This document shows positions 10,249 through 19,685 of a DNA stretch of 64,000 nucleotides, piece after piece. Position numbers and translations under genes: made by a program. Source of the stretch: an uncultured bacterium. GTDB taxonomy: Bacteria; Zixibacteria; MSB-5A5; CAIYYT01. Position 1 is the stretch's first letter. The number at the start of each line of letters is the position of its first letter. The DNA lies in the NCBI GenBank assembly GCA_963726455.1, contig CAVSCK010000003.1, positions 672,001 to 736,000 on the forward strand, read 5' to 3'. Under the pieces are notes generated by a model. The model ran no database searches. It had not been told where the DNA came from and saw nothing but the letters and a program-made list of their open reading frames with translations.

Positions 10249-10746
10249 TCAGAATTTGAGACTCAGTTTGATTGATGCGCCGCCTTGCGGCTCCTGAAAA
10301 TCAGGGGTCACGTCAACATCGAAGCCGGCCAAATGGGCATCAACGTAGGCGTCGAACATGCTGACAAAGACGGTGATTCCGGCAGCCCAAAGATAGTCAT
10401 CGCGGCGCGTTCGATAGGATTTGTAAGTATTGAAACGTTGAAACTGGAGTGCCGGGTCGGTGGTTGCAAGTACCTGACTGTATTGATTTTCGGTCCGCTG
10501 CCACCAGTCAACGGCCTTGACAATAAAGAAGGTTTCGGCAGTGAACACAACCGCACTCTTGACGTATTTGTGGTTGTAAAGCTGCCCCCAGCCGGGGACG
10601 GCTACCGAGCGCAACAGCGCGCCCATGGGAGAACGTTTCGGCTTTGTGCGCAACCGGGGCGGAGTTGTTGACAGACTGTCGGCGGCCAGGACGGAGCCGG
10701 CAAAAAAAGCTGTCAATAGGAACGTTAAAAGGACAATCCGACGCAT
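10249..10746 (-). CDS. DUF5683-like secreted/membrane protein
   Basis: Signal peptide; 'SP..ALLRS.AVPGWGQLYN.KY.K' and 'DAYVDAHL..FDV' motifs. Confidence 0.75.
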   Translation of the reverse strand: MRRIVLLTFLLTAFFAGSVLAADSLSTTPPRLRTKPKRSPMGALLRSVAVPGWGQLYNHKYVKSAVVFTAETFFIVKAVDWWQRTENQYSQVLATTDPALQFQRFNTYKSYRTRRDDYLWAAGITVFVSMFDAYVDAHLAGFDVDVTPDFQEPQGGASIKLSLKF

Positions 10747-10754
10747 TGGATGGT

Positions 10755-10783
10755 ATAATAAACAAGAGCCATGAGAGTAGCAA
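10755..10783 (-). promoter_or_regulatory. Sigma70-type promoter TTGCTA-17-TATTAT for the DUF5683 gene
   Basis: Hexamers read directly from the sequence; the -10 ends 8 nt before the ATG. Confidence 0.5.
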
Positions 10784-10802
10784 GGCCTTTACCAACTTGA
10801 CC

Positions 10803-10830
10803 TTGACAGGGTAGACGATTTCGGTATATT
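10803..10830 (+). promoter_or_regulatory. Sigma70-type promoter TTGACA-16-TATATT for cobB
   Basis: Consensus -35 at 10803-10808 and -10 at 10825-10830. Confidence 0.65.
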
Positions 10831-10836
10831 TTGACG

Positions 10837-11586
10837 ATGCCCTTTTCGACGAAATTGATCGAACTGCTACGGGCCAATGTACGCACAGTCGCGCTGACCG
10901 GCGCGGGTGTTTCGGCGGAATCGGGCATACCTACTTTCCGTGGCGACGACGGACTGTGGAGCAAGTTCAGTCCCTCCGAGCTTGCGTCCATGGAAGCGTT
11001 TATGCGTAACCCCAAATTGGTCTGGGAATGGTACCTTTACCGCCGCGACATTGTCGGCAGGGCCGAACCGAATCCGGGACATGAAACGCTCGCAAACATG
11101 GAGCGCCAATTGAGGGACTTTGTCCTCATCACACAGAATGTTGACAACCTTCATCGCAAGGCCGGTTCAGTGAATGTGATCGAGTTGCACGGTAACATAC
11201 AGCGCAACAAATGCATGACGTGTGGGATGCAAATCGGCGACATAATGATCGATTCGGACAACCTTCCGCGCTGTAGCTGCGGCGGACAAGTTCGTCCCGA
11301 TGTTGTCTGGTTCGGTGAGATGCTTCCGCAAGACGCTTTGATTAGCGCCACTGACAAGGCCGAACAGGCGAAGCTATTCTTTTCGATCGGAACGTCGGCG
11401 GTTGTGTATCCGGCGGCCGATCTGCCGTTGATCGCCAAGGATGCGGGCGCGTATCTGGTGGAGATCAACCCGGAACCGACACCGATTACTTGCTTTGCCG
11501 ATGAAGTGTTCACCGGCAAGTCGGGCGACATCTTGCCGGCGTTATGGGATGCAGTCGGCGAGAAAACGTCGGATGCCAGATCGTAA
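10837..11586 (+). CDS. cobB: NAD-dependent protein deacylase (sirtuin, class III)
   Basis: GAGVSAESGIPTFR, TQNVDNLH, HG, Zn-finger Cys pairs and RPDVVWFGE; a YxxR motif (WYLYRR) as in desuccinylases. Confidence 0.93.
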   Translation: MPFSTKLIELLRANVRTVALTGAGVSAESGIPTFRGDDGLWSKFSPSELASMEAFMRNPKLVWEWYLYRRDIVGRAEPNPGHETLANMERQLRDFVLITQNVDNLHRKAGSVNVIELHGNIQRNKCMTCGMQIGDIMIDSDNLPRCSCGGQVRPDVVWFGEMLPQDALISATDKAEQAKLFFSIGTSAVVYPAADLPLIAKDAGAYLVEINPEPTPITCFADEVFTGKSGDILPALWDAVGEKTSDARS

Positions 11587-11619
11587 TAGCCGCAAGCAAA
11601 TGCCGAAGCGATAGAAACT

Positions 11620-13788
11620 TTGAACTACCAAGAGCTACATCATAGCGAGGATCATCTGGATACTAATTCGACATACAAACCGAAGCTGAGCTTGACGCTG
11701 CTGATGGCAATTGCCGTGTTGATCTTACTGGGCACCGGTTGCGTCTATTTCAACACGTTCTATCATGCTCGGCAGTGGTTCAATCAGGCCGAGAAAACGA
11801 GAGAGAGAGATGATCGCGACGAGGCCAAGGGTGGCGAGGTCAAGCTTTATCAGGACGCAATCAAGAAATCATCCAAGGTAATCAGCGAACACCCAAAGTC
11901 CAGCTACGTCGACGACGCTTTGTTCATGATAGGCAAGTCGTTTTATTATCTCGGCGATTTCCCGAAAGCTGAACGCAAATTCCGTGAATTGTTGTCATCG
12001 TACCCGAATTCCAAATATGCTGAAGAATCGAAGTTCTTCCTCGGGAAGTCCCGCTTTCAACTGGAGAATTACATTCTGGCAAGAGAAACATTCAAGGAAT
12101 TCCTGGACAAGGACAAGGGACATCAGTTCCGTGCGGAAGCAATGTACCTGATGGGCGAGACATCGCTTTTGGAGAATGATTCCAACACCGCCGTCGAGTA
12201 TTACCAGAAATATATCAGTGAATACAAATCGAACAATAAGTCCGGCGAGATTCAATTCAAGATCGGGCAGATTCAGTTTGCGCAGCAGAAGTTTGCGGAT
12301 GCCGAGAAATCCTTTGCGATGGCCGAAAAGCTTGCGCGCGACCGGAAGGCAGGCGATCAGGCGCTGTACCAGCAAGGTCGATCGCTCTACATGATCGACA
12401 GCGTCCGAACCGGGCTGGAGATATTCCAGAAATTGGCTGATAGCGCGCCGGACTCTGTGTTCTTACCTGACTATCTTCTGCGAATTGCCGAGGGGAACTA
12501 TTTGCTCGGCAACGAGCGCGAGGCAATTTTGCAGTATGACGACATCACCACAAGTTTCGCCAAACGGTCACAGGCCGCCGAAGCTTACTATCGGATGGGG
12601 TTGATTGCGCAGGATGGCTGGGGTGACCTGGAGCTCGCCAAAGGCATGTACGATCTTGCAGCCAAGCTCTCGACCGGAGGCAGTTGGACGCAAATGGCGT
12701 TGTCAAGATCGGCGGACATCACGAAGGTTGAAAAGTATCGCGCCGAACTGTCCGACTCCGCGATTGATATCGCAGATGATAACCGCTTTATGTTGGCGGA
12801 ACTTTATCGCACTGCCATCAATCAACCGGACTCGGCAATGAACGAGTACAAAAGTCTGGTGGATAATTTTCCGGGCAGTGAATTAGCGCCCAAGGCACTG
12901 ATGTCCATCGGTTGGCTCTATGAGAACCACTATCACGACACGACGGCGGGAAGGGAATACTATCAGAAGGTTTTGGACAATTATCCGCAGTCTGATGAAT
13001 ACAGTCAGGCGTTGAAAGTGCTGGGCCTGCATGATTCTCAATATGATTCGATCTATGCTGATAAGCTCTATATAATGGCGGAATCGCAATATTTCGACAG
13101 CAGCAATTCCGATTCGGCGATAGCGTTGTTCCGGCGGCTGGCCAGCGAATTTCCAAATTCGCGTCTGGTGCCACAAGCGGAATTTGCTGTTGCAAAGATC
13201 CGGCTCAGGAATTTTGTTCCGGAGGAACATCCGGAAGATTCCTCTTATGTTGATTCGACCATGATCAATGAATTCAAGTTGTTGGCCGAGAAGTATCCGC
13301 AGTCGCCGATCGGTATCGAATCCGGGCGATTGGCATCAGGCGAAGTTCTGACAAAGCAGGGAAAAGCCGAGGCGCCGGGAAAGCAGGCGGCAGATACAAG
13401 CGGCGCCGCCAAAGACTCAACCACTTTGGCACAGGCGGCTGACACTCTGACAGAAGCTCAGAGAGCCCAGACGAAACTGAATCAGGATATCGACAGCACG
13501 ATGTTGATTACGACTCAGGAGCCGGTGATTAAAGGAGAATTCCAATATCCTATCAGCGCGTCCGGATCAAAGTTTGAGGGCAAGCTGATGTTGAAGATCA
13601 AGATTGAATATGACGGCAAGGTCAGCGAATGCGAATTCCTTAAGAGTTCAGGCATTCCCGATATCGATCGCGAAGTCAAGAAGGCCATGCTCGATACATA
13701 TTTCGACCCAATCCAATTTGATCCTTTGAAGATCGGCGGCTATTTTATATATAACTACACGGTAGTGCTGCCGGAGGTTTACAAATAG
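11620..13788 (+). CDS. TPR-repeat lipoprotein with a C-terminal TonB_C-like domain
   Basis: Lipobox-like LLGTG/C; many TPR repeats; C-terminal 'YP..A....EGKL...I..DGKV......SSG...ID'. The true start may be downstream (e.g. ATG 11704). Confidence 0.75.
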   Translation: MNYQELHHSEDHLDTNSTYKPKLSLTLLMAIAVLILLGTGCVYFNTFYHARQWFNQAEKTRERDDRDEAKGGEVKLYQDAIKKSSKVISEHPKSSYVDDALFMIGKSFYYLGDFPKAERKFRELLSSYPNSKYAEESKFFLGKSRFQLENYILARETFKEFLDKDKGHQFRAEAMYLMGETSLLENDSNTAVEYYQKYISEYKSNNKSGEIQFKIGQIQFAQQKFADAEKSFAMAEKLARDRKAGDQALYQQGRSLYMIDSVRTGLEIFQKLADSAPDSVFLPDYLLRIAEGNYLLGNEREAILQYDDITTSFAKRSQAAEAYYRMGLIAQDGWGDLELAKGMYDLAAKLSTGGSWTQMALSRSADITKVEKYRAELSDSAIDIADDNRFMLAELYRTAINQPDSAMNEYKSLVDNFPGSELAPKALMSIGWLYENHYHDTTAGREYYQKVLDNYPQSDEYSQALKVLGLHDSQYDSIYADKLYIMAESQYFDSSNSDSAIALFRRLASEFPNSRLVPQAEFAVAKIRLRNFVPEEHPEDSSYVDSTMINEFKLLAEKYPQSPIGIESGRLASGEVLTKQGKAEAPGKQAADTSGAAKDSTTLAQAADTLTEAQRAQTKLNQDIDSTMLITTQEPVIKGEFQYPISASGSKFEGKLMLKIKIEYDGKVSECEFLKSSGIPDIDREVKKAMLDTYFDPIQFDPLKIGGYFIYNYTVVLPEVYK

Positions 13789-14591
13789 AGAAGAAGAACA
13801 TATTTCATCATTGCGAGGTCACCAGCAATCAGGAGCTTGGGGCGGGAGTCTTTCTTCTCTCCATCAAATTGACATTCGATCGTTTTCCAATTCCGGGAAC
13901 TTTCCTGCACATAAAGCCGTGGTCGGCCGGCACTGATCCGCTGTTGCGGCGCGCCTTTTCCATTTATGACTATGACGAGGCCACCGGGATAGCCGACGTT
14001 CTCTACAAAGTTTTCGGGCGCGGATCGCAGCTTCTCTCCAAAGTCAAAGCAGGAGAGATTCTGGATGTGTTGGGGCCGCTGGGGAACGGTTTCGAATTGC
14101 CGCGCGAAGTCGAACATCTGGCTCTTGTTGCCGGCGGGGTCGGCATACCTCCGATCTACCTCCTGGCAAAATGGCAGTTGCGGCAGGGATTCGACCGTAA
14201 ACGAATCACCTTCTTCTGCGGATTTACGAATGCCGGCGAGCGGCCGATGGCCGAACGACTTGACAAGCTGCCGATTGAGAAGAAATATTCCACCGACGAT
14301 GGATCGTTCGCCTTCAAAGGATATATCAGCGATTTGTTGCAGGTTCATCTCAATGACGGTTCCCTCGGCGCCAATCCGATTATCTGCGCCTGTGGGCCGG
14401 ACGGCATGCTCAAAGCGGTGCAACGAATTTCCAGGGAATCCGGCAAACGTTGTTACCTATCACTCGAATCGATCATGCCCTGCGGTGTCGGAACCTGCCT
14501 TGGCTGCGTAGTCAAGCAGGATGGCGAAGACAAGTTCCTGCGCGTCTGTCGTGAAGGGCCGGTATTTGACGCCAATGAGGTGGAATTGTGA
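13785..14591 (+). CDS. pyrK: Dihydroorotate dehydrogenase electron transfer subunit
   Basis: LRRAFSI, GPLGNGF, AGGVGIPP, ACGP and MPCGVGTCLGC...VCREGPVF motifs. Start placed at ATA 13785 (see findings); the first canonical start is TTG 13869. Confidence 0.9.
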   Translation: MEKKNIFHHCEVTSNQELGAGVFLLSIKLTFDRFPIPGTFLHIKPWSAGTDPLLRRAFSIYDYDEATGIADVLYKVFGRGSQLLSKVKAGEILDVLGPLGNGFELPREVEHLALVAGGVGIPPIYLLAKWQLRQGFDRKRITFFCGFTNAGERPMAERLDKLPIEKKYSTDDGSFAFKGYISDLLQVHLNDGSLGANPIICACGPDGMLKAVQRISRESGKRCYLSLESIMPCGVGTCLGCVVKQDGEDKFLRVCREGPVFDANEVEL

Positions 14592-14609
14592 GCATCGCCG
14601 AATCTCAAA

Positions 14610-15509
14610 GTGGTTGTCGGCGGTGTCGAGTTCAAGAATCCGATACTAACGGCGTCAGGCACGTTCGGGTATGGCGAGGAATTCAATGAATTCATCGACC
14701 TGTCGCGGCTCGGCGGTATCGTCACCAAATCGATCACTCGCTATGAACGAAAGGGCCATCCGCCGCCGCGTACCGCGGAGACGGCCTCCGGAATGCTGAA
14801 CGCAATCGGTTTGGCAAACGTGGGTGTCGATGCCTATGTGCGTGACAAGCTGCCATTTCTGCGTAACCTTGGCACCCGTATCGTTGTGAATGTCGCGGGA
14901 TTCGATGTCGAGGAATACCTCTACGTCATCGACAAGCTCAACGGCCACGACGAGATTGATATGATTGAACTCAATATTTCCTGCCCGAATGTCAAAGGCG
15001 ACGGGATGGAGTTCTCCTCGACTCCGGATGTCGCCTATAACATTGTCAAGAAGGTTCGGGGAATCTGTTCCTTCCCCTTAATGCCGAAATTGTCGCCGAA
15101 TGTTGCCGATATCAAACCGATTGCCAAGGCCTGTGAAGAGGCGGGCGCCGACGCGTTGGCGCTGATCAATACTTTGTACGGCATGGCAATCGATCCGCTG
15201 TCATGGAAGATCAAACTCACGAATGTCACCGGCGGTTTGTCGGGACCGGCGATCAAGCCGGTGGCGATTGCCGCCGTCTGGAAAGCCGCGAGTGTGGTGA
15301 AAATTCCGGTGGTCGGAATCGGCGGCATCATGGATTATCGCGACGTAGTGGAATTCATGCTGGCGGGAGCCACGGCGGTACAATTTGGCACGGCGAACTT
15401 TATTCAACCCGATTGTACAATTCGTGCCATTGACGGGCTAACGGATTATCTCCGGAGCCGTAACATACTAGATGTCAACGAACTGATTGGAAAGGCCAAG
15501 AAATCATGA
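14610..15509 (+). CDS. pyrD: Dihydroorotate dehydrogenase B catalytic subunit (family 1B)
   Basis: KNPILTASGTFGYG, ELNISCPNV, KLSPNV and GGLSGPAIKP motifs. Confidence 0.95.
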   Translation: MVVGGVEFKNPILTASGTFGYGEEFNEFIDLSRLGGIVTKSITRYERKGHPPPRTAETASGMLNAIGLANVGVDAYVRDKLPFLRNLGTRIVVNVAGFDVEEYLYVIDKLNGHDEIDMIELNISCPNVKGDGMEFSSTPDVAYNIVKKVRGICSFPLMPKLSPNVADIKPIAKACEEAGADALALINTLYGMAIDPLSWKIKLTNVTGGLSGPAIKPVAIAAVWKAASVVKIPVVGIGGIMDYRDVVEFMLAGATAVQFGTANFIQPDCTIRAIDGLTDYLRSRNILDVNELIGKAKKS

Positions 15510-16312
15510 ATCCGTTCCTGGATAAATTGACGAAAGCACAACAGAAGAATAACAGTCTTATCTGTGTCGGACTTGATTCCGACATCAACGTCCTGCCCGC
15601 ACATCTGCAAGGAGCTGAAGATTCGGTATTCGAATTTAACAAGGCGATTATCGATGCCACCTGCAACGCTTGTTGCGCCTATAAACCGAATCTCGCCTTT
15701 TATGAATCGCTCGGACCGCGCGGGATGGAGACGCTCAAGAAGACGATCATGCACATCCCGGCTGATATCCCCGTGATCCTCGATGCGAAGCGCGGAGACA
15801 TCGGCAACACGGCACAGAAATATGCCGAGGCGATCTTTGATGATCTCGAAGGTGATGCAGTAACCGTGTCGCCTTACATGGGATATGATTCGCTGGAGCC
15901 ATTCCTTAAGTATGAAGACAGCTTCGTTTTCGTGCTGGCGGTGACTTCGAACGCGGGCGCCAAAGATTTCCAGTACTTGAATTGCGACGGCAAGCCGCTG
16001 TATATGCATGTTGTCGAGAAAGTCGCGTCGTGGAATAGCGACGGCAATCTCGGGCTGGTGGTCGGCGCATCGGAGCCGGAACAGATTCGCGAAATCAGAG
16101 TCGCGGCGCCGCAACTCCCCTTTCTGATTCCTGGTGTAGGCGCTCAGGGAGGTGATTTGGCGAAGGCAGTCGAATACGGCACGATGATGGACGGCAAGAT
16201 TGTGATCAACATATCACGCGGCGTGATATTCGCTTCGAAAGGCGAAGACTTTGCCGTTGCTGCAGCCGACGCCTTGAAGGCGTTCAATTTCAGGATCAGC
16301 CAATTACGATAG
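15506..16312 (+). CDS. pyrF: Orotidine-5'-phosphate decarboxylase
   Basis: CVGLD, YKPNLAFYE, LDAKRGDIGNT and LIPGVGAQGG motifs. Confidence 0.95.
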   Translation: MNPFLDKLTKAQQKNNSLICVGLDSDINVLPAHLQGAEDSVFEFNKAIIDATCNACCAYKPNLAFYESLGPRGMETLKKTIMHIPADIPVILDAKRGDIGNTAQKYAEAIFDDLEGDAVTVSPYMGYDSLEPFLKYEDSFVFVLAVTSNAGAKDFQYLNCDGKPLYMHVVEKVASWNSDGNLGLVVGASEPEQIREIRVAAPQLPFLIPGVGAQGGDLAKAVEYGTMMDGKIVINISRGVIFASKGEDFAVAAADALKAFNFRISQLR

Positions 16313-16341
16313 ACCGATTCACGGACGCTGCTACCGCCTGA

Positions 16342-16641
16342 CTACGGCTCGAGCGCGCCGATTCGTTTGGCCAACTCGAAATCAAAGTCAGTGATTCCGC
16401 CGACATCGTGCGTGTAGATTTCCACGGCAACGCGAGGATAGGTCAGAATGACGTCGGGATGGTGATTAAGCTGATCGGCGATGCCACTGATCTTAACTAC
16501 CAGCTGCACACCCTTGTTGAAGTTGCCGGTCGAAAATTCGCGACGGAGTTTGCCGTTTGCGTATCTCCAACCGGGCGCTTCGCTGAGCCGCTGGTTGATG
16601 TCGGCGTCACTCAGTTTCTTGCGGTTTAGTACGGTAACCAT
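16342..16641 (-). CDS. phhB: Pterin-4-alpha-carbinolamine dehydratase
   Basis: NHHPDV and THDVGGITDFDFELA motifs. Confidence 0.9.
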   Translation of the reverse strand: MVTVLNRKKLSDADINQRLSEAPGWRYANGKLRREFSTGNFNKGVQLVVKISGIADQLNHHPDVILTYPRVAVEIYTHDVGGITDFDFELAKRIGALEP

Positions 16642-16785
16642 GAATTGCCTTTCTTCGGAACAGCAGTCTAATCAATTCCATGCTCGGGGAACGTCCCGCT
16701 CGGATTCTCCCGGGAGCCAACTTCTTGTCGAACTTGATACGTAAGTGGAGAGCTAAACCGACGAAGTCATTGATTCCGGCGGGGC

Positions 16786-16814
16786 TTGACACCTCTCTAC
16801 GCCGCCGATATATT
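16786..16814 (+). promoter_or_regulatory. Sigma70-type promoter TTGACA-17-TATATT for pyrE
   Basis: Perfect -35 with a 17-nt spacer, followed by an AAAAGGAG RBS and GTG at 16837. Confidence 0.75.
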
Positions 16815-16836
16815 GCGGCATCGAAAAGGAGTACTC

Positions 16837-17391
16837 GTGACAACTGATCTTAACTCGCTCAAGTCCAGACTGTTGAAACTGGTTAATGAAAATGCCGTAG
16901 TGCATGGGGATTTCGTGCTGACCTCCGGTCAACGTTCAACCTATTATATCGATGGCAAACTCTTGTCGCTCATGCCCGAGGGGCTTAATGTGCTCGCTCA
17001 CCTGATATTGGAAATGATTAAAGACGATGGAGTGGATGCGATAGGCGGACTGACTTTGGGTGCTGATCCAATTATCGGCGCAGTGGCAGCGATGTCGCAC
17101 GAGGCCGGCAAGCCATTGGCGGGACTCATCGTGCGGAAAGAGAAGTCATCGCATGGCAGGGAGAAACGAATCGAAGGCCCCCTGAAGCAAGGCATGCGCG
17201 TCGTAGTCATAGAAGATGTCGTCACAACCGGGTCATCATCGTTCAAAGCAATTGAGGCGTTGGAAGAAGCTGACTGCAAAATTGTGAAGGTAATTGCCAT
17301 TGTCGACCGGCTTGCCGGTGGTAAAGAGGCGTTTGCCGCCGAGGGCTACAAATTTGAACCGATCTTCACGCTGAGAGACCTCGCGATCTGA
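16837..17391 (+). CDS. pyrE: Orotate phosphoribosyltransferase
   Basis: GDFVLTSG..S.YYID and VRKE motifs; PRPP-binding VVVIEDVVTTGSS; GTG start with AGGAG RBS. Confidence 0.94.
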   Translation: MTTDLNSLKSRLLKLVNENAVVHGDFVLTSGQRSTYYIDGKLLSLMPEGLNVLAHLILEMIKDDGVDAIGGLTLGADPIIGAVAAMSHEAGKPLAGLIVRKEKSSHGREKRIEGPLKQGMRVVVIEDVVTTGSSSFKAIEALEEADCKIVKVIAIVDRLAGGKEAFAAEGYKFEPIFTLRDLAI

Positions 17392-18381
17392 TGCCACAAC
17401 TGCGAATCTACCATAGCGAAGATTGCGACCCGAAGTTCATTCTCAAGTCGCAGATCACGGTGGTTGGCTATGGCTCCCAGGGCCGTGCTCTAGCGCTGAA
17501 TCTGCGCGATTCCGGATGCAATGTCCAGGTGGCGTTACGCGAGGCCAGCCCTTCCCGCCAGCAGGTACTCAGCGAACGATTGCCGCTGCGGTCAATTGAG
17601 TCGGTCTCCAAGAGCGATGTTATTATTTTCGCGATACCCGATCAGGAACAACCAGAGTTCTATCGGCGCTATTTCCCCGAGAAGGACACGGCCAAGCGTT
17701 CGCTCGTGTTTCTGCACGGGCTCAACATCCATTTCCGAAACATCATTCCAAGTCCTTCCTACGACGTAATCCTTGTTGGCGCCGCACGGACCGGGAAATG
17801 ACCTGCGCGAGAAGTTCGTGTCCGGCGAAGGAATGTCGTGTTTTCTGGCGGTTGACGCTGACTCATCCGGGAACGCCAGGGAGATCGGATTGTCACTGGC
17901 GTCGGCGATTGGCGCTGACAAGGCGGGAATCTACGAAACGACGTTTGCTGACGAAACAATGGGCGATCTATTCGGTGAGCAGATCCTGCTGGTCGGCGGA
18001 CTCGCCGGTTTGACGATGGCTGTATTTCAGACAATGATCGATCATAAGATTCCGCCGGAAAATGCGTATCTCGAGACCATACACCAGCTCAGTCTGCTGG
18101 CGTCGATGATAGAGGAGTTCGGTCCGGAAGGAATGATTGAGCGGGTTTCCAAGACCGCGGCGTTTGGTTCTCTGAAGGCGATGGACAAACTATTTGACGC
18201 CGATTTTCGGGCCAAGTTGACTAAGGCTTATGCTAATATTGAGTCGGGCGAATTCAATCGAGAGCTGATGTCGGACGCAGCTCTGGGATTCCCGACATTG
18301 CAGGAGCTATTGAAGAAGGCACGTGAACATCAAAGCCAGATGATTTCGACTCAATTCAGCCGGAGAAGGAAATCTACATGA
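17391..18381 (+). CDS. ilvC: Ketol-acid reductoisomerase (short class I), interrupted by one +1 frameshift near 17778
   Basis: First part has GYGSQG.A.ALNLRDSG and HGLNIHF; second has AP.GPG, TTF..ET..DLFGEQ and AYLET.H. Removing one G gives a 329-aa ORF. Confidence 0.8.
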
Positions 18382-18821
18382 GTCTGGCAGTCGAATACCG
18401 TAATCTCAAACCGACAGATTATGACGAAATAATCCGCTTGTGGACGGAGGCCGGTCTTGGCCATAAGCCCAAGGGCCGCGATAGCCGGGAGCGCATGATG
18501 GATGAGATCAAGAATTCGCCGAATCTGTTCATCGGAGCATTCAATGACGGCAAGATGATTGGCACCGTGATCGGTACGTATGACGGGAGGCGCGGCTGCG
18601 TCAATCGATTGGCGGTGGCGCCGCCGTATCGTCATCAACAAATCGCTGAGAAGCTAGTGGCGATATGCGAGGAACGTCTGAAGAGTCTTGGTGCGCTCGT
18701 AATCTACTGCTTGATCGATAAGGAGAATGATGCATCGCTAGCACTGTTCTCCAAGCGGCTCGGCTACCGCATTCACGACGGCATTGTATATTTATCGAAA
18801 CGCGATAATCAAGACTTGTAA
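18378..18821 (+). CDS. GNAT-family acetyltransferase (YpeA-like)
   Basis: GTYDGRRGCVNRLAVAP.YR...IA motif. Confidence 0.85.
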   Translation: MSLAVEYRNLKPTDYDEIIRLWTEAGLGHKPKGRDSRERMMDEIKNSPNLFIGAFNDGKMIGTVIGTYDGRRGCVNRLAVAPPYRHQQIAEKLVAICEERLKSLGALVIYCLIDKENDASLALFSKRLGYRIHDGIVYLSKRDNQDL

Positions 18822-18902
18822 GCGGAAGCGAAACTTCACCGCGCCCGCAGCGTATCACATTACAAGTATCCAGGACCAGAACGGAATGACCAAGAGGAAC
18901 AC

Positions 18903-19685
18903 GTGATCAAAGTTGATAACCTGTCGCGACAATACGGCACCCTCTGGGCGGTAAAGGATCTCAGTTTCGAGATCAAGGACGGCGAAATATACGGCCTGCT
19001 TGGACCAAACGGCGCAGGCAAGAGCACGACGGTCAAGATCATGGTTGGAATGCTGGCGCCGTCGTCCGGTGATGTGGTCATAAATGGTCACAATATCAGG
19101 GACGATGGCAACGCGATCAAAGCAAGTCTGGGATATGTGCCGGAATCGTGCGCACTCTACGAGAACCTTACCGGACGCGAACACCTGGAGATGGTTTGCA
19201 ACTTGCACCATCTGGCAATTGAGGGCATCGAGTCGCAAGTGAACAAGCTGATTGAATTGCTTGATCTCAAGGATGCTGCGGACAAACGAATTGCAGGTTA
19301 TTCCAAGGGAATGAAGCAGAAATTGCTGCTAGCGGGTGGGATCATTCATAATCCGCGAGTATTGATCCTCGATGAGCCGCTGTCGGGACTTGACGCCAAC
19401 GCGCAATCGCTGTTTCGCGAACTCATCAAGGAATTTGCGCGTGACGGCCGCGTAGTGATTTTCTGTTCACACGTACTAGAAGTTGTTGAGCGCCTGTGCG
19501 ATCGGCTGTTGATTATGGACCACGGCAAGAAACTTACCGAAGGCACACCGCAGGAAATAATCGCGAACCTCAGCGTTGCTACGCTGGGTGAGGCCTTCAA
19601 TCGTTTGACCGGCGCAACGGACATCGACGATCAGGCGCGCGGTATCCTGCGTGCGATCGAAAGCAATGAACAAGATGGCAAGTAG
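18903..19685 (+). CDS. ABC transporter ATP-binding protein
   Basis: Walker A GPNGAGKST, signature YSKGMKQ, Walker B LILDEP. Confidence 0.95.
   Translation: MIKVDNLSRQYGTLWAVKDLSFEIKDGEIYGLLGPNGAGKSTTVKIMVGMLAPSSGDVVINGHNIRDDGNAIKASLGYVPESCALYENLTGREHLEMVCNLHHLAIEGIESQVNKLIELLDLKDAADKRIAGYSKGMKQKLLLAGGIIHNPRVLILDEPLSGLDANAQSLFRELIKEFARDGRVVIFCSHVLEVVERLCDRLLIMDHGKKLTEGTPQEIIANLSVATLGEAFNRLTGATDIDDQARGILRAIESNEQDGK

Noticed and set aside
14589-14591. Selenocysteine at the pyrK/pyrD TGA
   Set aside because: The position is a linker rather than a catalytic Cys site, and I could not see a SECIS-like hairpin.
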